35,880 nucleotides of DNA from Nemertoderma westbladi (GCA_032718475.1 JAUCBJ010008657.1:1-35880), one strand, 5' to 3'. Positions 11,257-22,553 are shown, numbered from the stretch's first letter. The notes: generated by a model not told the origin, from the sequence alone. Made by a program: numbers and translations.

Positions 11257-12719
11257 ATGTCTGACACCCAGCAAAACCTGTCAGACAGTCTAATCGATAC
11301 AACCATCTGTGACACAGATAGGAGTGTGGAGCGATTAAGAAAGGAGTTCAGCTCACCTCCTACTGAAAGAAAGGTCATCCCTCCAGTAGTAGTGTCAGAC
11401 CCTAAGCTAATCCAACACCGTAGGTCTATCATCGGCACTCGGGCCCAAGTCAAACGGAACCAGGAAGCAGCTGTCCAACAGCAGCAACAGCCTAGTCAAG
11501 AAACTCGTTCCCAGCGATCCGATAGCTCCAGTAGTTCGGATACTGTAGAGCTGACCCCCGAACGCGGAGTGCAGATGGCGGCTACAGCCTACTCGGATCC
11601 CCTTCTCACCCTTCCTGCCGCAGTGCTAACTACTATATTGATTGCGGTGGAGGAACATCAAGCCGATTGGGCGAGAAGTAAGCGAGCGACCCAAGATAGT
11701 TATGCGGGATACGCCAGGGAAGAATTGATGTCTATTGTCGAGTCACAATGGAACTTTCCCGGACCCGGACTCCTGTTAGATTTGTCCGAAGCTACTTGGG
11801 AAGATATACACAGGATGGGAGTGGCTAAAGATACGATGGATCCAGCTGTTTGGAAGAGGTCGGCAGCAGGATATGTGCAGGGATTCTTCAGCTCCTTAGA
11901 GCGATTGGAAGAACAATTGTTTCGACAACCTCAAGGACCTCAAGAGCAGGAAGAGCTGCTTTATCAAGTACGCGAAAGAACCCTACGCATTAGACTAATC
12001 CTATCAGCCTTTGAGGAAACTTCCAAAAGAAGACAGGACACGTCGCTGCAGGTTGCTGTCAAGACTTGGTTCCAGCGGGTAGGTCTCAAAGTTCAAGAAA
12101 CAGCCCAGTGGAAATCCCAGCTGGCTGAGAGACCAACCTATGAAGAACCAACCGATGCCACCCTTTCTCAAGTGGAAAGCGAAGAGACAGCAGCAGAGAA
12201 GTCGCCCTCGAGAGACGCCTTAGACATCTATCTGTCAGACTATCAACGCTTCTTGGGTGATGAAGAGTTGAGGAGACGGCTGTCTGGACTTTCCCCTAAT
12301 AGTGAAGGAACCAAGCTTGTGTTGGACTCAATCGATGCGGAAATGTTAGCTGCAAACCAAGCTAAATTTGATGAAAAACTCCGCCCGCTAGAGTCCAAGA
12401 AGAACAAGTAAAGAAAAGACGGATAGAGGAACAAAAGGCGGCGGCCATGGCAGAAGCAGAACGGAGAGCGTCTGAGCAGACTACCCAACTGGAGTTGGAA
12501 AATCTGCAAGAGACGCAAGACAACATAAATAAACAGTTAACTGCTAGTCGAATGCAGATGATGAGACGATCTACTCCAAAACGCCAGGGATACACATCAT
12601 CGGAGGAAAGCGAAACCACCGATCCTGAAGGCGGCGGAAATAAATCTCGTCTAAGCAGGCGTAGAAAAACACCTCACCGCCACAAATTGCCTGATTTGCC
12701 CCCGGCGGTTAGAAGATAA
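11257..12719 (+). pseudogene. Putative N-terminal gag region of a BEL/Pao-family retrotransposon (one frameshift, 3'-truncated)
   Basis: ORFs 11257..12411 and 12447..12719 join by a single-base shift near 12385 (the second frame is open as ARVQEEQVKKRRIEEQK). The product is coiled-coil rich. Segment EEPTDATLSQVESEETAAEK matches an alternative frame at the start of the BEL pol ORF. The stop coincides with the edge of the inverted repeat. Confidence 0.65.
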
Positions 12720-13626
12720 CTGTTCGCGCTTTCAGACCTTTGGCAGTTTAACCCACCAAATTAAGATGTCTTCTAGATATTAAATCGGTTTTTAGTCTAT
12801 GACAAGTATTTGATTCACTACACTAGTCGAAACCAATCTGTGCGCGATCATTCACCCGCTGGATATTCCCGGGAGATTGGGTTCGACGGTTTAATTTTAT
12901 TGCTATGTAAGCCTAATGTATTATTCGACTGACAGTATTATATAATCTCTGACAATATTATTCACCTTCGGGAAATATTAACAGTTCCTTTAGGACGTGG
13001 CGCTTTATCTATATAAACAGAGTTATGACTTAAACTACTCACAACGATATGGCTTAATTATAATTCACATATATGGCGCATTCTTTAGGAATTGCTTCTT
13101 TAACAGACTCACTCATACACAATGCTGCACAATACTGCACACTAATCTGCCAATCTTCACTGATTTTAGTCACATATAAAAGGAACACAGACTGACTCAT
13201 GTAGGGTCTATCAAATAACATTAGATTCACTTCAAACCACTTTAACATAAGTCACAATCGTTTATCTGTAACCCTTCTCTCTTACCTTCGGTATATCAAG
13301 AATATTGGGTTTCGGGGTTATTTATCGTTATTCCAAATATAATAATTCATCAACCATATTATGAAGAACTGACAGTAAATAGCAGTATAAAACAACAATG
13401 AAAACACTGATTGTTATGAGTTTGCAATGTTTCAGCAGTCAGTATGTATGATCAGTTAGCAATTAAAGGATATATGTCCTTATAATTAAACCTACTAGTG
13501 TAAGACTAAAAACTGAAACACGGAGGTGCCAAAAGCCGGTTCTTAGGCTCTGGGCAAAAACATAACACTGAACTACTGAGTTTCTGTATATACCTCCAAC
13601 ACAGAGACAACAAACGCTCTGATTGG
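12715..13626 (-). repeat. Right arm of the inverted repeat (candidate 3' LTR portion of BEL copy B)
   Basis: Reverse-complement homology to 8030-8960. On the minus strand it begins CCAATCAGAGC, then a TATA-like gtatata and TCAGT, and ends ...gcgcgaaca at 12721. Confidence 0.88.
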
Positions 13627-13949
13627 TCAACCTGAACAACGAGAGAACAGAGAAACAAAGAAACGTCGACGTGGCAATATCAGCTGCTAGCCGTCGTCAT
13701 GGTAGCGACACTGTTTTCAAGAGTATCGAGCTTTTACGTCACGGAATTACGGATTATGTCCTCTAAAGTACAAATACAGAAGAAATAGCTTTTATGTCCG
13801 CTAAAACACCAGTACAGCAAGGACACGGCCTTTTTATGCCTGGTAAACCAACTACAGAGTACTTTACGGGAAAAATAAGGAAAAATAACCGGACAATTCA
13901 GCAAAAGCTTTTACACCGGTCCCAGAAAATGGGATTTTCAGTCTATAAA

Positions 13950-15330
13950 ATATAAAAATCACAGTTTCTAAAACATAAAGATACTCTGAACAGTTAGTCT
14001 TTCTTACGCAGACGGCGTTTACGCAGTTTTTTGAGGCTAGCAAGAGTCTTTTTCTCTTTGGGGGAGCCACTTTACTAGGAGGGCCATAACTCCTGGGTGA
14101 AGGGTGCAATATGATTGCATCAGAAGGTGTAGGATTGTGGTCGAGGTATCTGCCGTTTCGATATGCTTCTCCTCGAGCTGATTTTCCTCCGCTCGTAGCT
14201 GGATACGTTCATCCACAAACTCTCGCAGAGAATAGGATCGTCCAAGTTCGATAACTTCTTAGAGATTCTGGATTTCCCAATCGAATTGAGATAAAGCCAA
14301 TTCGTTTATCGATTGGACTTACTGTTATAACTTACGTTTATCTGAACAAACGCAGGTTTCTTTTTTGATCTTTATAGAATAGCGTTTAACTCGTTTCGTA
14401 CAACGCTCTCCTTCACCTTGATGAGGGGTTGTATCGCGTTAAACGGGGACAACCATACGGTTGGATAGTGATATTAGGTGTCCGCGTCACAATCCGGCTA
14501 GGTAAGATGGGCGGCTAGCTAGAAATCACTGTCGGAGTGTTACCGATTAATTGTTAGGGTAGCACTAGATCTTTGAACAGTGAATACAGTCCGCGAGGAT
14601 CCGCGACACCATCAGGATCGCAGGTCTGAGGTCCAACTAAGGAATGAGGAAATTTGACCGAGTATTCCGTGACTCTGATCGTAGGTTTACTCCAGGATCG
14701 TTCGAGCCGAGTGAGCATAGGTGATACGTCAAACAAGTTTCGCTTGAACTCCAGTAAATATAACGAGCACAACTGTGTTTAACACAACGTTTCCGTGGAT
14801 GTTTATGTCTTTCCGTTTATTGGCTGGGTCTAGGACATTTATCGTAATAATACCAAAGACGCACGTCTGGTAGGGGAAACGCGGGTGATATTTATTTGTT
14901 GTTACAATGCTTCTATCAAGAATTCCAAATATACGTTGGAGTTACCGCGTCCATTTGTTTCTTTAGTGTCTTTTCTTTCAAGTCGATTTCGAATAGAATT
15001 TTCGCATTCAAATTTCAGTTTATGGTTCCGACTCCGCTGGGCAGGATATATAGTCGACATAGTCCGTATTGTGTAAATCGATAGGATGACCAGTAGTTAA
15101 GAAGCCCATATACGTACCATTACGCTGCGTATATCGAGCAGCGAATTTTCTACAGTCCAACTCACGCGTGAGCTGCTCTTGGGACATTGGCGGTTCGATA
15201 TAACGACCATCGTCCTCCGCAGCAGTTGAACTAACGTCGCCGCGTATTAAGCTATCAACAAACGCTTGTAAAAGTAGAGTATATCGCTCCCCGATACCAA
15301 GACCATCTTCTATCAACTCCGTCATATCTG
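13950..15330 (-). pseudogene. Decayed unknown ORF downstream of BEL pol
   Basis: A GC-richer block flanked by AT-rich DNA carries successive same-strand ORF fragments (15020..15403, 14554..14772, 13864..14109). No motif recognised. Confidence 0.35.
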
Positions 15331-16149
15331 CTATATATGAGTTTATCCATATTATAATGAGTTTATATTTAGGCGAGCGGGCGTCGCTGCCTACCCCAAT
15401 CAACCCCCGGACAGTACGAGATCCTCAGCGCCGATGTGTCGTCGCCGCTGTACTTTCGCCAACGACGTAGCCGCACAACGACAACGACAACCGGCACAAG
15501 TCACTCAACTGTCCGTCCCAAAGGCTTAGATGTACTTCAGGTTTTCCTTGGAGAGTTAGGTTACTTTTACGATTGCGACTAGCTACTGTAAACACACCTT
15601 AGCAGTAACATTCACCTATAAACTCACAAATACCACACAACTGGTCACAACTACGCACATTCGGGCCATTTGTCCGTTAGTCAATGCCTTCCAGAATGTC
15701 ACTGTATTATTATGTATCCTTGGATACTAGTAGTACGCTATTTATTCCCTATGCTATTCAATGGGACAAGCTTTCTATTGTTCGTTTAACTCAATTCTAA
15801 TTCTAGCGTGGTTGGTGCTATGGTGACATTATGCAAAGCTAGCGGTAGAATTAGGGTGATTCCAATGCATACAGATCTGGGATGTTATTTAATAGTATTC
15901 TTTAATAGTCAATGTTCTGTTTTATACATGACTTTATGAATTTTATCGGCTATTGACTATGTTTGGGAGACTTTCGCACACTCATATGCATAATAAGATA
16001 AATCTCCGCTCCCTTGATCTATTAATTAATGGAATTTTGGGAACTTTATAAATTGCGTAAAAATGGCAATTTATTAAACTCATTAAAAGACATGAATTTA
16101 AATTTATTCCCTGAAATTTTATTATTTGATAATTAAATGGACATATTTT

Positions 16150-16460
16150 GATTCTAGAACATGTCTAGGGACACAAGATCCTTAATTCTATGACAATTGT
16201 CTTTTTTAAGAATATCGGTAAATGCTACGATATCTTAATTGACTAGAATTGTTGAAGGATCTGAATTTTACAGATTTTGATTTATTAGATTTGCAAATAT
16301 TAAATAATTAATATTTGAGATGGGCACCGATTTATTCCAGAACTTGTCTGGGGACGTTAACCACTGATTCTAGAATTTGTCTTTCAAGTATATCGGTGGG
16401 TGCCGCGATATCTTAATCGACTAGAATGACAGATGGTCAAAGGGTTTAACAGATTTATTT
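16150..16460. repeat. Diverged ~180-bp direct duplication
   Basis: agaac.tgtct.gggac...atatcggt...cgatatcttaat.gactagaat at ~16156 and ~16339. Confidence 0.75.
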
Positions 16461-16974
16461 TGCGTTATACGCTACTGTTAAAGGGACATCACGCTACTAT
16501 ATGTATTATTTAATATACGGTATGAGAGCAATATCGCACGAAGCAATGTCAGTGTGAAGAGGCAAGTCGTTTCCAAGGTCTACCCAGAGCTTGGTTTAGC
16601 CGAGACACGAGGATCTGAACTTTGCATTCCTAATACTCTGCCTACCAATAATACTTAAATATAGTAGTGGCTTTATTGTACTTTAATAAGTACGGACATT
16701 TCATCTTACTGTAGTTACGTATTTATAATATAATACGGACAGTAAGGAAAGAGAAAAATAATTATTTCTTCGCCGTCTCACTAAATATAATATAAGGAAT
16801 TACGTACGTAATAAACACGAATATATTGCACTATTCTACAAAATAATCGCTAAATAATATTCTACTAAATTAAATAAAACGATTATAATAAAATTACATA
16901 GTAATACATACATAAATATAAAAATAATAAAAATAATATAAAATAATAGAGTCACACGCCCACTCCGAACGATA

Positions 16975-19900
16975 TTAAGTTGGGGAGTCCCTAGATGTCG
17001 GTTGGATTAGGGAAGTGGTCGTGGGAAGAGTTTCTTGCCTTCCATAGTTTCCGGAGAGCTCTCTGTCTCTTTCCAGCAAACATAAACGACCCACTGGGCG
17101 ATTGAGCTGTTGAGTCTCAAAGACTATCCCTGGTTTCTTAAAGTTCTGCCGCATGACGACGAGCTCTACTGATCGCACCAAACCATCGCTCGAGATATAA
17201 GTCTCGATGATACGTCCTGTTTGCCATCGCTTACGTGGGAGATCGGGGTCCACAATAAGCACCATGTCTCCAGCGCTGACGTTTTCTTGCTGCGCAAACC
17301 ACTTAGTTCGAAGTTGTAGAGTGGGCAGGTAATGTTTCTCAAAATGGTCAGCGAAACGACGGGATAGCAACTGCATAAGTTGCCAGGTTCGACGGCAGTA
17401 CTCGTCTCCGTCTGTGATCTCTGATCGTGGGAGCATGGCTACGGGTTTCTTCAGTAGAAAGTGCGCGGGTGTTAGCGCTTCCAGGGAATCAGGATTTGAA
17501 GAGACTGGCATAAGCGGTCTTTCGTTGAGATAGGCGGCGATTTCCTCCATTAACGTCCGCAATAATTCGTCAGTGAGATAAGCGCGACAAGGCACAATAA
17601 AGTGGAACGCAGTCTTCACGCTCCTAATCAATCTCTCCCAACTTCCTCCCCACCAAGGGGCGTCGGCGGCGTTGAAGGTCCAACTAGACGCTGTTATCTT
17701 TAGCTGATCGTCCACCTGTCTTTTGTTCCAGTCCTTCACGTAAGCTTGAATTTCGTTGTTGGCGCCAATGAAGTTCGTTCCCTTATCCGATCTCATCGTG
17801 TTACTGGTTCCGAAACGAGCGATATGTCGTCGTAAACTCAACACGAAGCTGTTGGTGGATAGATCGTTTACCATATCGAGATGGATAGCTCTACAAGTCA
17901 TACAAACGAAGATGACACACCATCTCTTGACTATAGTCCGGGCACGATATACTTCAATAGGGCCAAATAAATCCACACCGGTATTAGCAAAGGGTGGTTC
18001 ATAGAAGCTTACTCTTTCCCTAGGTAATTCTGCCTCTCGCTGTGTTAAAGGCCTACTGAATGCTTTCCTACAGGGTATGCAGTTCCTAAGAACTTGGTTC
18101 AGAGCCTTACGGGGTTTATAAAAATAGTAGCGAGTTCGAATTTCGCTCAGAACTCGTTCTCTACCTGCATGGTACAGTTTGCTATGAACATCTACAATCA
18201 TCTTGATTTGTATATCAAGATTTCTAATGAGTATGGGAAACTTAGTGTCAAAGGATAATGGGGCGTTGGTCAGCCTACCTCCAACACGTATTAACCCATC
18301 TATCATGGTACTAGAGAAGCGATCCCTTAAGCGCATCTGCGGATTTCTTAACAACAGGAAATACTTATCGGAATCCTCATAGCATTGTAGGAGTCTCAGC
18401 ATCTGTTTGTTGGTTTCATCATGCTCCTGGTAACTGATCTTCTCCTTTAGAAACCTGTTGGATACCTTGTATTGGGGAAGATCTTTAACAACATGGACTC
18501 GTGCAGATGTTGATGGAGCATCATCACTATGGGTCTTTGTCCCGGAGTAACGATGATGAAAACATCGTTTCAAATAGGTAACAGCTTTACAGAGACGATT
18601 CCAGGAACTGTAGTGACGTATCGCTCTCTGCAAGAGAGGTGAGAGTCCTTGCGAGATATCTGGTATTCCAGATTTCCAATCCTTGTCACGGATTTCCAAG
18701 ACTTCTTTCGTTGTGGCGGTGGGTTTCTGATCCAAAGCATCATCTCCGGAAGTAAATAATACAGATAGATCAACCGCAGGTTTAAACAACTTCGATTTAC
18801 TCGCTCGAGTTTTGGGTTTAACTTTCTCCGCTCCCTTGGCCTGTCTGATCTCTGCTGTTGTGAGATGAGGAGGCCATTCTTCTTCTTCCCTGTAGAGAAA
18901 GTCGGGTCCTCCTAACCATTCGGGAGTATTTACCAATTCCTTTGGAGTCGCTCCTCGGGACGCGATGTCTGCTGGATTAATCGTTCCGGGGCAATGTCTC
19001 CATTGGTCCATCGTCGTGCGACTAAGTATGATGGCTACCCTGTTGGTAACGAAGACGCTGAACTGACAGACTTCATTGGTTATATACTCTAACACGAGTA
19101 AAGCGTCGGTCCAATAGACAGTTTTCTCTAATGTATAGTCAATCTGTTCTGTTACATTCCGGCCGATGGCTGTAGCGTATAGAGCCGCTTTTAACTCCGC
19201 TCGAGGAACTTTCAACTTGTTGTTGATTAATGCCTTAGAAGTAACCAAGGCGACTTTGATTCCATCCGGAGTTTCCACTCTTAGGTAGGCTACTATACCG
19301 ATTCCCATATCGCTGGCGTCTCCAAACACATGGAGTTGATAGGAATACGTAGGGAGAACATGACCAAAATATGAACGGGAAATTATAAAATCCTCGATCG
19401 CTGGCAGAGAATCTTCCCATTTCATCCACTTCTTCAATAATTCTCCCTTAAGTGGATCGTCCCATGAGTGGTTTTCAAGCCACATTTGTTGTACCAAACT
19501 ACGAGCAATCAATATAACTGGGCTAATAAATCCCAATGGATCGAAATAAGTGCTCAGTATACTTAAGCAAATCCGTTTGGTTCGAACTGGATTATCTCGC
19601 TGTTTTAGTTGGAAAAACAGGATATCTCGCTCTGTGTCCCATTTCAAGCCGAGTGTCTTGGTCTCTGGCAGATCATCTTTGATCAAATCGAGATCTTTCG
19701 CCCCTCGATCTTCCGCTGGGATCGACTCCAGAAACTCACGGGAGTTGCTGGTGAATTTGGTTAATCGAAATCCACCTCTTTTTAAGCACTCTACCGTTCC
19801 CTTAGCGACCTCAATGGCTTCCTCAACTGATGGGAGGGACTTCAGATTGTCGTCCATGTATATGTCTCTCTTGATGTTGTCGATCACTTCCTTAGAGAAT

Positions 19901-21693
19901 GCCTCTCGGTTGTCCTCTGCAGTAGTACGCACTACCGAACAGGCGTTGGAAGGGCTTGAGATTATCCCAAAGGCCTGGATGGTCATCCAGTACTCCACCG
20001 GTTTCTGGTTGAGGTCTCCTTCGGGCCACCACAGAAATCGTAGACTATCTCGATCCCTATCTAACACCTTGACTTGTAAGAACATGCCTTCTATATCGGA
20101 GGCGAAAGCAATCGAATATTGTCTCAATCTTAAAAGAATTCCCAACAAAGATTGAAGCAAGTTGGGTCCGGGTAACAATTCAGAGTTAAGGGATTGACCC
20201 ATGTAAAGAGCGGAGCCATCAAACACTACTCTCACTTCGTGTGGTTTACCGGGTTTAGGAACGTAATGGTGAGTTAAATAATACGTTCTTTCAGTCACAG
20301 GTGTTTCTTCCGGTACTCTCTCCGCGTATCCCTTATTAATAAATTTTTCCAGCTGTGTTTGATACATGGCTTTAGCTGAAGAATTAGCCGTAAGGCGTCG
20401 ATGGAGTTGCGCGATTCTTTTTTCCGCCAAAGGTCTGTTATTGATGAACTTCGGTTCTCTCTTGCAAAAAGGTAAACCGACTTCGTACCTTCCTTGATCT
20501 TTGAGGAAACGTGTAGTCGTCTCTTGGATCTGCTTGGCCCTTTCCTCTTCCACCGACAAGGCTTTATCGTAGGAATTGGGCTCTACCGCCTCTTGCGTAA
20601 AGAATCGTACAGCATGTTCATCTCGAGTCTTGGCATTGCAACGCTCAATGACGTCATTTAACTCGTCGTTATAAGCTTCTCGTTCAGATGGATAGAGAAG
20701 TTGACATAAGTTAACTTGGTTTTGCCAAGCCTCATTTTCCTTAAGGAGATCGATGGTATTCTCCTCATCAAAAAGCTGGTGAACGTCGTCGTTATCTGAG
20801 GAGTATGGAATTCCCTCAGTTGAATCGTCTCCCTCACTAGCATCATCTTCCCATTCACTCACCTGGCAGACTCTCTCTTGCGGTAGTCTTTCTCTGAGTG
20901 TTCTACGGGAAGGGCCAGTAAAGTACCAACCTACTCTAGTTCTTACCGCATAGGTCTGTAGGGGCTGCGGTTGAGCAGGCCGTTTCTCTAATGTCTCCAG
21001 CGCCTCATGCGCGTTTTGGCCGATGAGTATTTGTACTCCAGGATAATCAGTCTGGAATCGAGGTATGTTAAGATGTTGGATGCTCTCATCCTCGTCCCAA
21101 TTATAAAGGTCTGCTTGAGTAGTAGCGAAGTTCTTTATAGCCACCATTTTCACTGACCTTATGCTATGTTCTCCTAGTTCGTCCTGGGGGGTGGACAACG
21201 CTCCTACATAATAATCCGCTGTGATTGTAGATTTCCAAACTTGCATTATGCCAGACATGTTGAGCTTAGTTTGGAACTTGAGTTGTCCAGCAAATATATC
21301 TTCGGCTAGCTCTTTGTCGATGAATGTTCCTGTACTACCGGAGTCAAGGAGGGCGTTCACTACATAACTCCTCTTAGGTCCGTGAACCCTCACTTGCACC
21401 ACAGGAAACTCTCGGATCCCTACATTGGAAGATGGCTCTTTCCAAGATGGTTGTCGCTCAGAAGTAATTAGAGTGAAGTCGTTGTCTGTATCCTTTTCAT
21501 AGGTGAGCGCTCGATACACTGCGGTATTTATCATGTAACAGGATTCGTTTTCGTCGGAGAACTCGTCTGTGTAGAATCCTTCCATCTCAGATTGATCAGT
21601 GTCGTTCACATCACTGAATTGGACATGTAGCTCGCTTCTCTGACGTCGCTTCACTTTCCACTTGGGAAAAAGTAGCGTTTGTTGATTCTCCAT
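16975..21693 (-). CDS. BEL/Pao LTR retrotransposon pol (PR-RT-RNase H-integrase), uninterrupted 1572 aa, no gag
   Basis: Protease LLDSGS; RT RVVFDGS, DIEGMF, YMDD; Pao RNase H LHVFGDASD, PRAELKAA, WTDA, HCPGTINPADIASRG; integrase HHCC, GVDLFGP, SDKGTNF, WERLIRSVK; BEL-type C-terminal YLPTLQLRTKW. Confidence 0.96.
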   Translation of the reverse strand: MENQQTLLFPKWKVKRRQRSELHVQFSDVNDTDQSEMEGFYTDEFSDENESCYMINTAVYRALTYEKDTDNDFTLITSERQPSWKEPSSNVGIREFPVVQVRVHGPKRSYVVNALLDSGSTGTFIDKELAEDIFAGQLKFQTKLNMSGIMQVWKSTITADYYVGALSTPQDELGEHSIRSVKMVAIKNFATTQADLYNWDEDESIQHLNIPRFQTDYPGVQILIGQNAHEALETLEKRPAQPQPLQTYAVRTRVGWYFTGPSRRTLRERLPQERVCQVSEWEDDASEGDDSTEGIPYSSDNDDVHQLFDEENTIDLLKENEAWQNQVNLCQLLYPSEREAYNDELNDVIERCNAKTRDEHAVRFFTQEAVEPNSYDKALSVEEERAKQIQETTTRFLKDQGRYEVGLPFCKREPKFINNRPLAEKRIAQLHRRLTANSSAKAMYQTQLEKFINKGYAERVPEETPVTERTYYLTHHYVPKPGKPHEVRVVFDGSALYMGQSLNSELLPGPNLLQSLLGILLRLRQYSIAFASDIEGMFLQVKVLDRDRDSLRFLWWPEGDLNQKPVEYWMTIQAFGIISSPSNACSVVRTTAEDNREAFSKEVIDNIKRDIYMDDNLKSLPSVEEAIEVAKGTVECLKRGGFRLTKFTSNSREFLESIPAEDRGAKDLDLIKDDLPETKTLGLKWDTERDILFFQLKQRDNPVRTKRICLSILSTYFDPLGFISPVILIARSLVQQMWLENHSWDDPLKGELLKKWMKWEDSLPAIEDFIISRSYFGHVLPTYSYQLHVFGDASDMGIGIVAYLRVETPDGIKVALVTSKALINNKLKVPRAELKAALYATAIGRNVTEQIDYTLEKTVYWTDALLVLEYITNEVCQFSVFVTNRVAIILSRTTMDQWRHCPGTINPADIASRGATPKELVNTPEWLGGPDFLYREEEEWPPHLTTAEIRQAKGAEKVKPKTRASKSKLFKPAVDLSVLFTSGDDALDQKPTATTKEVLEIRDKDWKSGIPDISQGLSPLLQRAIRHYSSWNRLCKAVTYLKRCFHHRYSGTKTHSDDAPSTSARVHVVKDLPQYKVSNRFLKEKISYQEHDETNKQMLRLLQCYEDSDKYFLLLRNPQMRLRDRFSSTMIDGLIRVGGRLTNAPLSFDTKFPILIRNLDIQIKMIVDVHSKLYHAGRERVLSEIRTRYYFYKPRKALNQVLRNCIPCRKAFSRPLTQREAELPRERVSFYEPPFANTGVDLFGPIEVYRARTIVKRWCVIFVCMTCRAIHLDMVNDLSTNSFVLSLRRHIARFGTSNTMRSDKGTNFIGANNEIQAYVKDWNKRQVDDQLKITASSWTFNAADAPWWGGSWERLIRSVKTAFHFIVPCRAYLTDELLRTLMEEIAAYLNERPLMPVSSNPDSLEALTPAHFLLKKPVAMLPRSEITDGDEYCRRTWQLMQLLSRRFADHFEKHYLPTLQLRTKWFAQQENVSAGDMVLIVDPDLPRKRWQTGRIIETYISSDGLVRSVELVVMRQNFKKPGIVFETQQLNRPVGRLCLLERDRELSGNYGRQETLPTTTSLIQPTSRDSPT

Positions 21694-22073
21694 GTAAACT
21701 TACGACCAGCTGTATATACAAGAAACGGGCGCTAGTAACCGTTACTTGTACTCGTAGAATAATTTATTGTTGCATATAAAACTGGCGTTACTATAAACAG
21801 ATTTGAAACCCCGTATAAATAGTTCCTTTAAGTTGTGTGTCTGGACTGCTTACGTCTTTATGTCTAACTGAAAACTGTATTCATTCGAGACTTATGGAAG
21901 TCGGATTTATGAAACTGACAATCCGAGATACCGATGTCACAGGAATTAATTTTGTGCACGTATTAAAATATGTTAGTTTGCTATTAATATTAGGCGTCAT
22001 ATGACAATACTGTAACACACACCCCAATGCGATGAGTTGCAATACCGTACAGTCTATAGACCACCAACCTCAA

Positions 22074-22499
22074 TGTTATTGTGCTACCAACGTTAATCAA
22101 CAACGGAATGACTTGAATCCATTCTCTTTATCTTTATCGATAACATAATAATAACATAAATCGCAATAAATCAAATGATATAACAAATTAATTAATAGAC
22201 AAACAATAAATCGACATAATACGAATCAATATCACAAATTGACATCGGCAATATCACGAATTGACGTGAATATTCCGACCCACAAATCTACTAACAGCTA
22301 GTGAGTTGTTAACTAATAAATGTGAATATTCCGACCCACAAATCTACTAACAGCTAGTGAGTTGTTAACTAATAAATCTTCAATAGTTAGCTGACCAACT
22401 GATATAATGCTATACTATATATAGGCTGGGGCTGGTAAGCTGAATGCAAATGGGTATTAGCCAATCAGAGCTATTCTGCATGGCCCTTGCCGTATAACA
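22074..22499 (-). mobile_element. LTR-like segment (TGTTAT...ATAACA) with Pol II promoter motifs
   Basis: 6-bp terminal inverted repeat; CCAAT at 22461, octamer ATGCAAAT at 22444, TATATATA at ~22416; internal 56-bp duplication. No TSD or partner LTR seen. Confidence 0.45.
22266..22377. repeat. Perfect 56-bp tandem duplication
   Basis: gtgaatattccgacccacaaatctactaacagctagtgagttgttaactaataaat occurs twice in tandem. Confidence 0.95.
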
Positions 22500-22553
22500 T
22501 AATAATTCTCTGGCAGAAGTAAATTAACAATATGGGGCGAGCCTGCGAGGTAA

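Noticed and set aside
8030-13626. DIRS, Polinton or DNA transposon defined by the inverted repeat
   Set aside because: No tyrosine recombinase, transposase or polymerase motifs inside and no TSD seen. The enclosed ORF links to the BEL element instead.
22074-22499. Cognate 5' LTR of the BEL pol or of the Gypsy element
   Set aside because: No match seen to sequence downstream of BEL pol or to 27031-27357.
22525-22545. Short matches to the reverse complement of the 51-bp satellite (ggggcgagcc here and at ~34110)
   Set aside because: Only 10-13 bp with no clear extension; may be chance.
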